From Hadesarchaea archaeon (GTDB lineage Archaea > Hadarchaeota > Hadarchaeia > Hadarchaeales > Hadarchaeaceae): a stretch of DNA of 64,000 nucleotides. The translations under genes were made by a program, and so were the position numbers. Under the pieces are notes generated by a model. The model had not been told where the DNA came from and searched no databases. It saw nothing but the letters and a program-made list of their open reading frames with translations. Below, piece by piece: positions 19,555 through 29,526 of the stretch. The stretch is taken from NCBI GenBank assembly GCA_029259175.1, contig JAPDJH010000001.1, positions 96,001 to 160,000 on the forward strand, read 5' to 3'. The stretch's first letter is position 1. Each line of letters starts with the position of its first letter.

Positions 19555-20673
19555 GTGGAAGGGATGAGGAGAACGGGAATCGCGGAGCTCCCGCTACACG
19601 GCGGAAAGTGCCCGCCCTGGCTTTTCAGGCGCATGAAGCAGCTGGGCGAGGCGATATGCCGGCTCGTGGTGGAGGAATACGGGAGAAAGGAGCTGCTGAG
19701 GCGTCTGGCCGATCCGTTCTTCTTTCAGTCGCTGGGCTGCGTGCTGGGATACGACTGGCACTCCAGTGGTCTGACCACCGTTACGGTCGGGGCGCTGAAG
19801 GAGGGCATTGACGCACGGGAGCTGGGGATCGCGGTCTGTGGAGGGAAGGGAAAAACGTCGCGGCGAACGCCGGAGGAAATCCAGAGGCTGGCCGACGCGT
19901 TCTCCTTTTCGGATTCCAAGGTGGAGGAACTCCAGCGGGCGAGCAGGCTGGTCGCGAAGGTGGACAACGCGTGCGTGCAGGACGGATACCAGCTGTACCA
20001 CCATGCGTTCATCGTTTCCGAAGACGGAGACTGGACAGTGATCCAGCAAGGGATGCACGATCGCTTCGCCAGGCGCTATCACTGGTTTTCGGGGAACGTG
20101 CGCAGCTTCGTCGACGAGCCGCACACGGGAATCGCAGGGGATCGGCGGGAGAGCGCGGTTCTCGACATGACGGCGCGCGAGAGCGAGGAGTGCAGACGGG
20201 CGAGTGTCGATCTCGTGCGCGAGAATCCCAAGAGGCTGCTGCCCTATCTGCGGAAAACCGAGCAGCGCACGCTGGAGGACTACTTTGCGCGCTCTCCGCA
20301 GGCGAAGGTGTTGGTTATGCCAGCACGGCACACGATCTCGGAGCTCACGGAGCGGACCCTGGCGGCATTGCAGCGAGCGTACGAGATCCAGCCCCAGGAC
20401 TACGAGGACCTGATTTCCATCCGTGGGATCGGGCCAAAGGCCATCCGCGCCCTCGCTCTGGTTTCGGATCTGGTCTACGGCAAGCCCCCCTCGTGGCGCG
20501 ACCCGGTGAAGTACTCGTTCGCCCACGGGGGGAAGGACGGGGTTCCGTACCCAGTGGACCGCCGGACGTATCAGACGACCATCCAGATTCTGGAGGACGC
20601 AATTCAGGAAATGCAGACGACTCGGGAGGAGAAGATTCGCGCGCTCCGAAGGCTTCACGAGTTCTTGGGATGA
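19555..20673 (+). CDS. DUF763 family protein
   Basis: LPLHGGKCPPWLF, DWHSSG, KVDNACVQDGYQLYHH, QQGM, RRYHW, AHGGKDG.P.PVD. Confidence 0.92.
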   Translation: MEGMRRTGIAELPLHGGKCPPWLFRRMKQLGEAICRLVVEEYGRKELLRRLADPFFFQSLGCVLGYDWHSSGLTTVTVGALKEGIDARELGIAVCGGKGKTSRRTPEEIQRLADAFSFSDSKVEELQRASRLVAKVDNACVQDGYQLYHHAFIVSEDGDWTVIQQGMHDRFARRYHWFSGNVRSFVDEPHTGIAGDRRESAVLDMTARESEECRRASVDLVRENPKRLLPYLRKTEQRTLEDYFARSPQAKVLVMPARHTISELTERTLAALQRAYEIQPQDYEDLISIRGIGPKAIRALALVSDLVYGKPPSWRDPVKYSFAHGGKDGVPYPVDRRTYQTTIQILEDAIQEMQTTREEKIRALRRLHEFLG

Positions 20674-20724
20674 GCGCGCCTCCGAGAGCGTTATAGGGAA
20701 GGAGCCCCCCATTCTCTTGGAAGG

Positions 20725-22557
20725 ATGGAGCGAAAGAAGATCGCTACGCTTTTCGTCGGATTCGCTCTGGTCGCTCTGATCGCGGTAGGGCTTATCCTGC
20801 TCGGTGGAGAAAAAAGGATCGCAGTACCTGAAAACTTTTCCGTCAAATCGGGGATTTTGGAGCACGACGAGGTATGGTCGGGCGAGGTGCTGATCACAGA
20901 CACGGTGGAGGTTCCCCAGGGAGTGACCCTCACCATTGAGCCCGGAACGGTGGTCAAGTTCAAACACTGGAGACACGGGTACGCGGAGCCCGAGGGAAGA
21001 GTTGGGCTCATCGTCGACGGGACGCTCAAGGCCATCGGGACGCCCGATCAACCGATTTGGTTCACCTCAGACGCCACAGATCCCATGAACGGGGACTGGG
21101 AGGGGATCCACTTCCACAATGCCAGCGATGCCAGCATTATCAAGTATGCAATCGTGGAGTTCGCCAATCACTCCAACATCAGTATGTGGAACTCCAGTCC
21201 CACCATTTCGCATGTGATCTCGCGCTGGAACAACTCGGAGGGGATCTACTTAGAGTCTCACTGCTCCCCTGTCATCGAGTACTGCATGATCTACCAGAAC
21301 GGGTTCAACGGGATCGCGATGGAGCAGTTCAACGAAAACGTGTGCATTCAGCACAACTACATTGCCTACAACGGGTCGAGCGGGATCCACCACATGGCCT
21401 CCAGCTCGACGATCAGGCACAACGTCATCGTGGGGAACCAGAACGGGATCTCCTTCATGGACAACAGCTTCGCCCTTGTGGAGCACAACCTCATCCGGGA
21501 CAGCCGGGGGGCGGCCATCTGGTCGGAGACAGGGGGCTCCTCGGCGGTCATCCGCCTCAACACGATCGAGAACAACCCGTGTGCCCTTGGGGGGTTTGAG
21601 TTCTCTCCGTTCGTTCTCGAGTTCAACAATCTGCTGAGCTCGGGGGACGCCGAGATCGCGCTTGAGGAGGAGGCGGCCGGAACCGTGGTGGTGGAGAACA
21701 ACTGGTGGGGGACGACCGATGCGCAGGAGATTTCGGAGAGAATCGCCGCCGGGAGAGCGTCCGTGAGCTTTTCAGCATTTTTGAAGGAGCCGGCGGTCGA
21801 GGCTCCCCAGCTCCTCTTCGACTATGAGGATCTGCGCCCATACGAGCTGGGCTACACCCCAGGAGATCCAGAGCTGGACCGCTTTCCGTGGGTCCTGCCC
21901 GACGACGAGACCCGCAGGGTGGTCAAGCGCATCAGCTCCGGGGACGAGATGCCGTGGAGCCTGGCGTGGGGGGATAATCACCTGTGGGTCGCGAACAATC
22001 TGGGGGTGTTCAAGCTGGATCCGGAGACCGGCGAAGTGGTCGCAGAGTTCCCCAACCCGGGAGTGAGACCGTGGGGGATGGCATTCGATGGGGAGCACCT
22101 GTGGGTGAACGACTTCACAGAGCTCGCGCTCTACGAGCTCGATCCAGACACCGGGGAGGTGCTATCTGAATTCTCGTACGCTGAGCAGTTCCCGGGGGCT
22201 CTGAACGGGCTGGCTTGGAACGGGGAACACCTGTGCCTCACGGGATGGTCTGAGTTCCGGGGGCTGGTCAAGTTCGACCGCGACGGAAATCTCGTTGAGC
22301 AGATACCGACTGAGGAGTGGGTGGGGTGCGGACTGACCTTCGATGGGGAGTTCTTCTGGGCCCCGGACGGCAACGGGAAACTGTGGAAAATCGATCAAGA
22401 AGGAAACTGTGTTGGCTGGATTTCGGCCGGAGGGGCCGTCGGGACGTGGGATCTCGCGTGGGATGGGGAGCACCTCTGGAGCGGGGAGCGGACCTACGAG
22501 GTGTGGGCGGACAACAAGATCTTCGAGCTGGAGATTCTGGAGGTGCAGCCCGCCTGA
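20725..22557 (+). CDS. Membrane-anchored right-handed beta-helix plus beta-propeller protein
   Basis: TLTIEPGTVVKF, parallel beta-helix repeats, NNWWG, then GMAFDGEHLW-type propeller repeats. Confidence 0.8.
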   Translation: MERKKIATLFVGFALVALIAVGLILLGGEKRIAVPENFSVKSGILEHDEVWSGEVLITDTVEVPQGVTLTIEPGTVVKFKHWRHGYAEPEGRVGLIVDGTLKAIGTPDQPIWFTSDATDPMNGDWEGIHFHNASDASIIKYAIVEFANHSNISMWNSSPTISHVISRWNNSEGIYLESHCSPVIEYCMIYQNGFNGIAMEQFNENVCIQHNYIAYNGSSGIHHMASSSTIRHNVIVGNQNGISFMDNSFALVEHNLIRDSRGAAIWSETGGSSAVIRLNTIENNPCALGGFEFSPFVLEFNNLLSSGDAEIALEEEAAGTVVVENNWWGTTDAQEISERIAAGRASVSFSAFLKEPAVEAPQLLFDYEDLRPYELGYTPGDPELDRFPWVLPDDETRRVVKRISSGDEMPWSLAWGDNHLWVANNLGVFKLDPETGEVVAEFPNPGVRPWGMAFDGEHLWVNDFTELALYELDPDTGEVLSEFSYAEQFPGALNGLAWNGEHLCLTGWSEFRGLVKFDRDGNLVEQIPTEEWVGCGLTFDGEFFWAPDGNGKLWKIDQEGNCVGWISAGGAVGTWDLAWDGEHLWSGERTYEVWADNKIFELEILEVQPA

Positions 22558-22623
22558 GCGCGCAGGCGGAGAGTAATGCTTCCAAAAATTATTTTATCGT
22601 GAGGTTCCCTAGAGGAGAATGGG

Positions 22624-22715
22624 CCCGCGGTAACTCAGCCTGGTAGAGTGGCCGGCTGTAGACCCGGACGGCTGAAACCGGCATGTCGGGGGTTCAAATC
22701 CCCCCCGCGGGACCA
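22624..22715 (+). tRNA. tRNA-Tyr(GTA) with ~15-nt intron (22662-22676) and encoded CCA
   Basis: Acceptor cccgcgg/ccgcggg (C1:G72, A73), anticodon stem gccgg/ccggc, GTA at 22658-60, T loop ggttcaaatcc. Confidence 0.93.
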
Positions 22716-23905
22716 CCTACAACTTGTCCAGATGCCTCCTCAGAAATTTGCGCCATTTCCTCGAGGGCCCCGCTCTCCTGCAGGGCCCGCTCCACGATGT
22801 CCGGAGCCAACTCTAAGAGCTTCCGCACCACGCGGGCCACGATTTCCTCCTCTTTAGTCCTCCGCTCCTCGATTCTGAAGGCTTCTGAAGGCGAGAGCAC
22901 GGCGGAGCACCGGACGCAGTAAACCGCATCTTTGGGGTTCGCGCACCCGCACCTGGGGCAGACTTTCCGATCCCTTCCGGTGTCTATTCCGTAGTGCTTC
23001 AGCAGGGCGTCGTCCACATCCCTTCCAGAAAGATGGACGTAGCGCGCCGGAACTTGGCTCGTCTTGGTCCAGCCGAAGTAGGTCCTGAGCTGGTCTTCCG
23101 TGAGGACCTTGGCGAGGTGGGTGGCTCTGGTGTGTCTTAGAAGATGCGGGTAGATTCTCCGCTTGCTGAGGCCTGCGCGTCGGGCTGCACGCTTCAGGAT
23201 CTTGTTGAAGTACTCCACCGTGATCGCCTCTCCATTGGAGCCGGGCCAGAGCCACGCGCTGGGATTCTCCCGGTTGGGGTGGGAGTTCATCCATATCTGC
23301 AGATCGTGAACGCTCTCGACCAGCCTGATCCGCCTCATCCCGGTCTTCCCGTTAACCACGATTACGGCCCCGTATTGGTCGAATTCGACATCCCTGATCC
23401 GGAGGCCGAGGAGCTCCCCAGCCCTGCACCCGGACTCGTACCCAACATGGATCAGGGCCCGGTCCCGCGGGTTGCGGGCCCCTACGACGAGGCGCTGAAC
23501 GTCTCCGTAGCTGAGAACCCCCTCCGGGAGCTCCCGCCTCACCTTGGGGACTTTGATCACGCTCACAGGCTCGGGCGTGGGATCCCGCGGACTTCTGCAT
23601 CCGTGAACCCAGCGGAGAAAGCGCTTCACCCTCCGCCGGTAGGTGGAAACGGACTCAGGCCTGTACTCCTTCGAGGAGAGGGAGTCCATCCAAGCAATCA
23701 GATCCTCGCGCGTAAGCTCCTCATACGGCTTCCCGTCGCGCCCGAGGGTTAAAACCGCCTGCACGTTCGCCTTGATGCTCCAAGGGGAAAACCCTGAGAT
23801 CCGCATCTCTTGGACGAACTCCTCCAGCTTCCTGCGCCTGGGCTCCGAGAGCACGGACAGGATTTTGGAGAGCCAGCGGTTGAGGAGTTCGTGAGTCAAG
23901 TTCAT
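22694..23905 (-). CDS. int: Tyrosine integrase with C-terminal zinc ribbon
   Basis: GCR..E, GKTG, HLLRH, GW, RYVHL, CPRC..CVRC; ATG 23905 overlaps the upstream stop; the 3' end runs antisense into the tRNA. Confidence 0.93.
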   Translation of the reverse strand: MNLTHELLNRWLSKILSVLSEPRRRKLEEFVQEMRISGFSPWSIKANVQAVLTLGRDGKPYEELTREDLIAWMDSLSSKEYRPESVSTYRRRVKRFLRWVHGCRSPRDPTPEPVSVIKVPKVRRELPEGVLSYGDVQRLVVGARNPRDRALIHVGYESGCRAGELLGLRIRDVEFDQYGAVIVVNGKTGMRRIRLVESVHDLQIWMNSHPNRENPSAWLWPGSNGEAITVEYFNKILKRAARRAGLSKRRIYPHLLRHTRATHLAKVLTEDQLRTYFGWTKTSQVPARYVHLSGRDVDDALLKHYGIDTGRDRKVCPRCGCANPKDAVYCVRCSAVLSPSEAFRIEERRTKEEEIVARVVRKLLELAPDIVERALQESGALEEMAQISEEASGQVVGGPAGGI

Positions 23906-24978
23906 TTTTTCCCTCTCCTTTTCTTTTTGATATAAAGACGCATTTTTGGAACCCACAATGGGATTAATACATGCTCTTCGTATGACCTCTCTTCTTGTTT
24001 AAACAGGGTTGCTACTAAATTAGTGCCACAGCATGCAATGGCCTTTATCTCAAATGAACTAATTTTTGAATACGGCATACCATAAATCTCGTAAAACTTT
24101 TTCCGATCTTTTTGGTATACTTCTCTCACCCTGCTTATCTCCGGGCCTTCTACAACAGGTCGTATCCACTCTAACAGCTCCTCAAGTTGTCTTGTGGTGT
24201 TATAATTTCTCGCAACATTAAGCGCGGGAAATATCTCGGGATCATCTCTTTTGTCTTTGAAGAATTCTTCCAATTCTTCGGGCTTTTTTAATGCATATGT
24301 CCACGCTTCACGTGTTCCCGGATGTAAAGGAATCTCGCTAACAAGATATGTAAAAAGTGTTTCTAGTTCGGTTCTAAGCAATTCCCAGTTGAAACGAGCG
24401 AGTCCCCTAATAAGCTCCGCCTCATTAAGGGAGTATTCAAAAAGTTGATATTGTGTTTTTAGCCCCCCTTCGAGAGTCTCGCGCATTTCTTTCGTTTCTT
24501 CCATCCATTCACGGTAGCATGCGAACGATTGAGAATGGGGGCAATCTAAGAGCTTCCCTTTTTTAGATCTTCTGATTTCAAGAGATGAAATAACCAAGAT
24601 GGTATCAATAACATCATTGGTTAGTATCTCCTTTCCTTTTTCGACATCGAGCTGAATAAGGCTTGAAATATTAGATAAGTGTCTCAAAGTTCTTCCAACT
24701 GGGGTATTGTCCACCAACTCTATTAGGATTCTATAACGCTTCCCAGGGCCTCTTTCTAAAGGAGGCGCAACTTTGCGTATTATTTTGCCTTCTTCTTCCA
24801 TTTTTGAAAGGCACTCGCTAAGAGATGTCCGTGCAAGACCTGTTTCTATGACAAGATCTTCGAAGGTTTTAGGTCCTTTTTCTAAGGCTTCTTCAATTTT
24901 TCTTTCACTTATCTTTGGACGCCCACGCTTACGTCCCATGTTCCACCACGCCTTTCGTTTCATTTTCATAAAATCCAT
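23902..24978 (-). CDS. wHTH transcriptional regulator (putative repressor)
   Basis: PKTFEDLVIETGLARTSLSECLSKMEEEGKI. Confidence 0.7.
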   Translation of the reverse strand: MDFMKMKRKAWWNMGRKRGRPKISERKIEEALEKGPKTFEDLVIETGLARTSLSECLSKMEEEGKIIRKVAPPLERGPGKRYRILIELVDNTPVGRTLRHLSNISSLIQLDVEKGKEILTNDVIDTILVISSLEIRRSKKGKLLDCPHSQSFACYREWMEETKEMRETLEGGLKTQYQLFEYSLNEAELIRGLARFNWELLRTELETLFTYLVSEIPLHPGTREAWTYALKKPEELEEFFKDKRDDPEIFPALNVARNYNTTRQLEELLEWIRPVVEGPEISRVREVYQKDRKKFYEIYGMPYSKISSFEIKAIACCGTNLVATLFKQEERSYEEHVLIPLWVPKMRLYIKKKRRGKK

Positions 24979-24985
24979 ATTTTAG

Positions 24986-25016
24986 TAGGGAAAACTTACT
25001 TATATAGTTTTCTCTA
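24986..25016. promoter_or_regulatory. Divergent promoter / inverted repeat
   Basis: tagggaaaact-(tacttatat)-agttttctcta between the repressor and AbrB genes. Confidence 0.5.
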
Positions 25017-25034
25017 ACATATTTTTGTGAAAAA

Positions 25035-25238
25035 ATGGCAGCAGAAACAAAAAGGAGAATAATCAACTTGGGAGGATCGGGTGTAATAGCGATTCCTCCA
25101 GATTTTCGCCGTTATTACGGGTTGAAACCTGGTTCGGAGGTTCGGGTGCTTTACGATTCGGTACTTTTGATTGTTCCTTCCAAGTGCGAGCAGAAGTTGA
25201 AAGAAAAAGAGGAACTAGTCCGGAGGTTACTGGAGTGA
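25035..25238 (+). CDS. AbrB/MazE-family DNA-binding protein
   Basis: RRIINLGGSGVIAIPPDFRRYYGLKPGSEV. Confidence 0.85.
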   Translation: MAAETKRRIINLGGSGVIAIPPDFRRYYGLKPGSEVRVLYDSVLLIVPSKCEQKLKEKEELVRRLLE

Positions 25239-25331
25239 AGCCGGAATCCGCCCACACTCCTGCTTTCAACGCGCTTTTCAAATTCGCTCGAGAGCGCGGG
25301 CTCTTGAAGCGCGAAAAAGGAGGGAAGAAGC

Positions 25332-25577
25332 GTGAAGCCGGGAGAACGACCAAACATGGGGATGGGAAATAAAGACATCGAAATCCACATCCGGGCTATT
25401 GTCATCTCGCTTGAGCGCGAGCCCGAGGTGGTGCTCACAGCTGGGCAGGCTGGAATCGTTCGCATGCGAGGGGTTGAAAGCGTGAGCGGTGTTCCGAGCT
25501 TTATTCTTCCCGGCCCAAACCCGTCTTCAAGATTCGACAAAACGGGAAGGGTGGAAAGCTATGACATCAAACGGTGA
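25332..25577 (+). CDS. Hypothetical protein
   Basis: Short ORF between AbrB and the primase; uncertain. Confidence 0.3.
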   Translation: MKPGERPNMGMGNKDIEIHIRAIVISLEREPEVVLTAGQAGIVRMRGVESVSGVPSFILPGPNPSSRFDKTGRVESYDIKR

Positions 25578-28236
25578 AATCCCGAAAGCTGAAAACCTTC
25601 CGTCCGAACTCCTCAGACTCAACCGCTTCGTCGTCTGGCGCGAGGAGAAAAGAGGGAAGAAGCTGGTCAAGATCCCGTGTGCCCCGTGGAGGACCGGACA
25701 CTGGGGTCCGGCTTCCGCCACCGATCCGGACAACTGGACCGATTTCGAAACGGCGGTGGGATGGGCTGAGAAAAAACCTGACCATGGCGTTGGGTTCGTG
25801 CTCGGCGATGGAGTTGTGGGGATAGACCTCGACGGTTGCATCGACGAGAACGGAAATCTTACAGAGTTCGCGAACGAGCTCTTGCACCGCGCTGGCTCCT
25901 ACGCCGAGCTTTCACCATCGGCGCACGGAATTCACATCCTCGTGCGCGGGAGGCTCGATCAAGCGATCAAGCGGGACGACATCGGGCTAGAGGTCTATCC
26001 ATGCGGTCGGTTCTTCACACTTACCGGGCGGCGCTGGAAGCACGCGCCTTTGGAAATTCGTGAAAACCAAACCCTGCTCGACGAACTCCGAGAGAAGTTC
26101 GGTCGTGAGGTGAGGGTCGAGAAGGGCGGTGAGGGTGTGAGCGTTATCGAAATTATGGAAAAGCTGGCCCCCGAGGGGCTGAAAGCGCTGAAAAAGCGCG
26201 GGAAGAACCTCCAGGGGCCGCACCCGGTTCACGGGAGCACCACCGGCTGGAATTTCTCCATAAACCTTGAGAAGAATTCTTGGTTTTGCTACCGCCACTG
26301 GACTGGTGGTGGACCGTTTTCATTGGTCGGAATCTTGGGCAAAATCATTCAATGTGAAGATGTCCAAAAGTATGGGGGAAAATATCCCAACGAGATTGGG
26401 GACAGGATTTCAGAGCTGGCGCGAAAGCATGAAATCCAGTTTAAAGGAAAAGAGGCCCTTACTGTAGATCTCGGGAAGTACACCCTCCGGGTTTTGGGGA
26501 AGAACGCAATCCTACACGATCAGAAGGGGGATCCGGTCGAGGTTTTCCCTCTCCGCTTCCTGACCGCCGAGCGAGCGAAGGAAAAAATTCGGCAGATAAC
26601 CGGCATTGCGAAGGAGGAGATCGGCGCGAAAATGGCTCAGTTAATTCTGAAGCTCGAGGAAAACGAAAATGAAGAAAAAGACGAGGGTGAACTCGACATT
26701 AAGCCAGTTTTCGAATCGGAGTGGAAGGCCATACACCCAGCTCTCGACTTCCTTGATGGGGTTGCCTACATTGGTGTTCAGCTCCCTTGCGAGGTGGGGG
26801 GAAACGGCAACCCTGCTGATCTTCGGGACTTCCATTTCCTGATCACCAGCGAAAGAGAGAGAATTTTGGGGAGAAAAAAAGAGCTAGCCGAGCGCAGGAT
26901 CAAGCTGGCTCACCGCGTTATCACCTTCCCGAACCGGTGGAGCTTGGACGGTATCAGGAGTTGGCTCGATGGGGGAAAGATCGTTGAAAAAACAAAACTC
27001 TACCGAATGGTGCGGAGCGCGTTCGAGGACTACATGGAGTTCCAAGATGAGACCGATTACGATTTTCTAACCCTATGGACTATCGGCACCTATGTTTTCC
27101 CGATTTTTGGAGCATACCCCTATGTGTTCATTGGAGGGATTAAGGGAGTTGGGAAGACCAAGCTATTGACCCTCCTGAGCCTTATGGCTTTCAATGCTAT
27201 CTTTTCTGGGAATCTCTCCAGCGCTGCGCTCTTCCGTCTGATCCAGAGCGGGAGGGCCACAGTTTTATTGGATGAGAGCGAAAAGCTGGACAACCCGGAG
27301 AGAGCGCAGGAGCTACGGTGCCTCCTGCTGAACGGCTACAAGCGAGGAGGCTTGGTCTACCGCGTGAACAAAGACACGGGGAGACCGGAGCCTTTCGAGG
27401 TTTACTCACCCAAAGCTATCGCCAACATTCGGGGATTGGAAGACATTCTGGAGGATCGCTGCGTCAGCATTGTTATCGTAAAGGGAAAGACGGATGTGAT
27501 TGACCGGGAGCCAGAGATAGAAGACCCGAGGTGGGAGAAAATCCGGGATGCTCTTTATACTTTTGCTCTAACTCACCATAAGAGAATAGTTCAAATAAAA
27601 AATGAAATCGGTAAGCTGGAGGAACTGAGAGCGCGAAGCCGCGAGATTTGGCTCCCCATCCTAACCCTCGCCAAATTCTTTGATGAGGGCAGGGGGCTTT
27701 ACGATAGGATTCTGAAATACGCGATTCAGAAGGAGGATGAGCGCCTCGTCGAAAACATCACGGAGACTCGGGAGTACTTACTGGTGCAAGCTCTCACCAA
27801 ACTCGTCCAATCGAAAAAAAATTCTTCAGAAATATATGAGGATGGGTACCTCCCGGTACATAAAATCAAAGACGCGTTGGCTGAGTACTTCGATGGAGAG
27901 CAGCGCTGGCTCACTTCACGCTGGATTGGGAAAGCCCTCCGGCGGCTGGGGTTCAAGGATAAGCGCCGAGTGGGAACTGGCTACGAATATCTGATCCCTG
28001 CTGATAAAGTTTCGGACCTAGCTGAGAGGCTCCAGATCAGGCGGCCTCTGCTCCAAGAGTTTTACAAAGTGTTGCAGAGACTTGCGGAAAGGAGAGGTGA
28101 GTTCTCCGAGGATGAGCTGATATCTAAGTGTAAAGAGGCGGGAATTGAGAGCCCCCGGCCATTCATCAAGAGAGCCAAAGAGCGCGGAGACTTGGTTCCC
28201 CTCCCAGATGGGAACCTCCAGGTGGTGTTGAGATGA
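25561..28236 (+). CDS. Replication protein: AEP primase-polymerase + Zn-binding domain + P-loop helicase-like (DUF3631-like) domain
   Basis: GVGFV..IDLD, YAELSPS.HGIH, LEVY..RFFT.TG; HP.HGS..G.NF..WFC.RH; GIKGVGKT, LLDE, LNGY, DRC. Confidence 0.85.
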   Translation: MTSNGEIPKAENLPSELLRLNRFVVWREEKRGKKLVKIPCAPWRTGHWGPASATDPDNWTDFETAVGWAEKKPDHGVGFVLGDGVVGIDLDGCIDENGNLTEFANELLHRAGSYAELSPSAHGIHILVRGRLDQAIKRDDIGLEVYPCGRFFTLTGRRWKHAPLEIRENQTLLDELREKFGREVRVEKGGEGVSVIEIMEKLAPEGLKALKKRGKNLQGPHPVHGSTTGWNFSINLEKNSWFCYRHWTGGGPFSLVGILGKIIQCEDVQKYGGKYPNEIGDRISELARKHEIQFKGKEALTVDLGKYTLRVLGKNAILHDQKGDPVEVFPLRFLTAERAKEKIRQITGIAKEEIGAKMAQLILKLEENENEEKDEGELDIKPVFESEWKAIHPALDFLDGVAYIGVQLPCEVGGNGNPADLRDFHFLITSERERILGRKKELAERRIKLAHRVITFPNRWSLDGIRSWLDGGKIVEKTKLYRMVRSAFEDYMEFQDETDYDFLTLWTIGTYVFPIFGAYPYVFIGGIKGVGKTKLLTLLSLMAFNAIFSGNLSSAALFRLIQSGRATVLLDESEKLDNPERAQELRCLLLNGYKRGGLVYRVNKDTGRPEPFEVYSPKAIANIRGLEDILEDRCVSIVIVKGKTDVIDREPEIEDPRWEKIRDALYTFALTHHKRIVQIKNEIGKLEELRARSREIWLPILTLAKFFDEGRGLYDRILKYAIQKEDERLVENITETREYLLVQALTKLVQSKKNSSEIYEDGYLPVHKIKDALAEYFDGEQRWLTSRWIGKALRRLGFKDKRRVGTGYEYLIPADKVSDLAERLQIRRPLLQEFYKVLQRLAERRGEFSEDELISKCKEAGIESPRPFIKRAKERGDLVPLPDGNLQVVLR

Positions 28237-28241
28237 GGAGA

Positions 28242-28409
28242 TTAGTGAACTTAGTGAACATAAGTGAACTTGGTGAACTTGGAAAAGAGAGGACATTTTT
28301 TATTAGAAGAGGCGTTGCCCCGGAATGGGTGTTTCAGCGCTTCTCTTGCAACAAAAACGGGGGGTCTCCAGTAAGTTCACTAAATTCACTAAAGTTCACT
28401 AAGTTCACC
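28242..28409. repeat. Two opposed arrays of 4x 9-bp repeats (iteron-like origin)
   Basis: (tt/ta)(a/g)gtgaac x4 at 28242-28278 and aa(g/a)ttcac(t/c) x4 at 28373-28409. Confidence 0.8.
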
Positions 28410-28676
28410 TGTCAAAACCCGTGGAAAGGCGTAATCTCAATGCCCGACTTCAAAAATTGGAAGGAAAATGCGAAAAAGGGGTTTTCCAGCTTCCTACATC
28501 TTAATCCTCCTCGAAAAATCTTCCGCCCAAAGAAGAGTTTCGGTAAGGGTCTAGGAATAGGCCAAAATACACAAAAAGGAGAATCCAACGGAACCCGCTC
28601 CTCTAATAATATAATAAACGATGGAGGCGACGATTTTGTGTCTGTAAACCAAGAACGCGAAGGGGCGCCTTTCATA

Positions 28677-29525
28677 ATGCCATCAACCACACCTTCCAGG
28701 TTTGTGAAACTCCTGCTCCCGTCCGGCGAGCTCACAAAACCCCCCGAGCAGAAGGTGGTGGCCGACTGGGACATTTTCCTCAGGTACTCCCCCGTCGAGC
28801 CCATGTCCCCCGTCGCTCTCCGGTTCCTCTGGGAGTGCATGGAAGGATCCCAAAGCTTCGAGAGCTTCATCGCGCGTGCCTTTTCATTCGAGCCAGCGCC
28901 CGCTGCGGTCTACACACGCGAACTCCACTACCTCAGGAACGAGGGCTACATTTCGGTGCACCACTCGACCAGGCGCGGCGGGAAGCTGTACCGTTACTAC
29001 GCGCCCACGCGAAAGGGGAGGGAGTACATCAGGAGGGCGACCGACTTCAGAGCGGTCGGCGGTCGGGAGGCCCGCGAAATCGCAAGAGCGGTTTTCGATG
29101 AGATGGTGTGGACTGGGTGGTTCATCTCGGTCGCGCGAAAGCAGGTCGGTATCCAAGTTCCCGATCTCGTCGCCCACAACGCCGAGCCCTTCCTGCCCTA
29201 CTGGTATCTCATGAGCTTCGACACGAGCGAGAAAGATCGCGACCGCAGGGCCCACATGCTCGCAGTTGAGGTGGAAACCTCGCGGGAGCTGAGGGCCAAC
29301 CGCGAGCAGGTGCGCAGGAACCTCTCGAAGTGGAAGGATCTCGGGTTCGGCGGTCTGCTCGTCGCCGTCAAAAACAACCGCGATCTGGAATACTTGGCGA
29401 GCCGCTACCTCTCCAGCGTCGACATAGACGAGAAAATCTGGGTTTTCAATGTCGAATCCACAATGTTTCACGATCTCTACTCTATCTTCGAGGAGGAGGA
29501 AGACGAAGAAAATCTGATCGAATAA
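28677..29525 (+). CDS. wHTH + PD-(D/E)xK-type nuclease (replication-relaxation-like)
   Basis: LHYLRNEGYI..YYAPTRKG wHTH; VPDLV...AVEVET; the upstream part of the 430-aa ORF only spans the repeat origin. Confidence 0.55.
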   Translation: MPSTTPSRFVKLLLPSGELTKPPEQKVVADWDIFLRYSPVEPMSPVALRFLWECMEGSQSFESFIARAFSFEPAPAAVYTRELHYLRNEGYISVHHSTRRGGKLYRYYAPTRKGREYIRRATDFRAVGGREAREIARAVFDEMVWTGWFISVARKQVGIQVPDLVAHNAEPFLPYWYLMSFDTSEKDRDRRAHMLAVEVETSRELRANREQVRRNLSKWKDLGFGGLLVAVKNNRDLEYLASRYLSSVDIDEKIWVFNVESTMFHDLYSIFEEEEDEENLIE

Positions 29526-29526
29526 A

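Noticed and set aside
18094-21051. Long antisense ORFs (379 aa, 485 aa)
   Set aside because: Shadows of GC-rich nadX/nadC/DUF763 coding strands, with no motifs
28242-28409. Possible CRISPR array
   Set aside because: Repeats are 9 bp and contiguous with no spacers; no cas genes seen in the window
28233-28676. N-terminal 148 aa of the 430-aa ORF
   Set aside because: Translates the repeat array (LVNLVN, KFTKFT); protein-like sequence begins near ATG 28677
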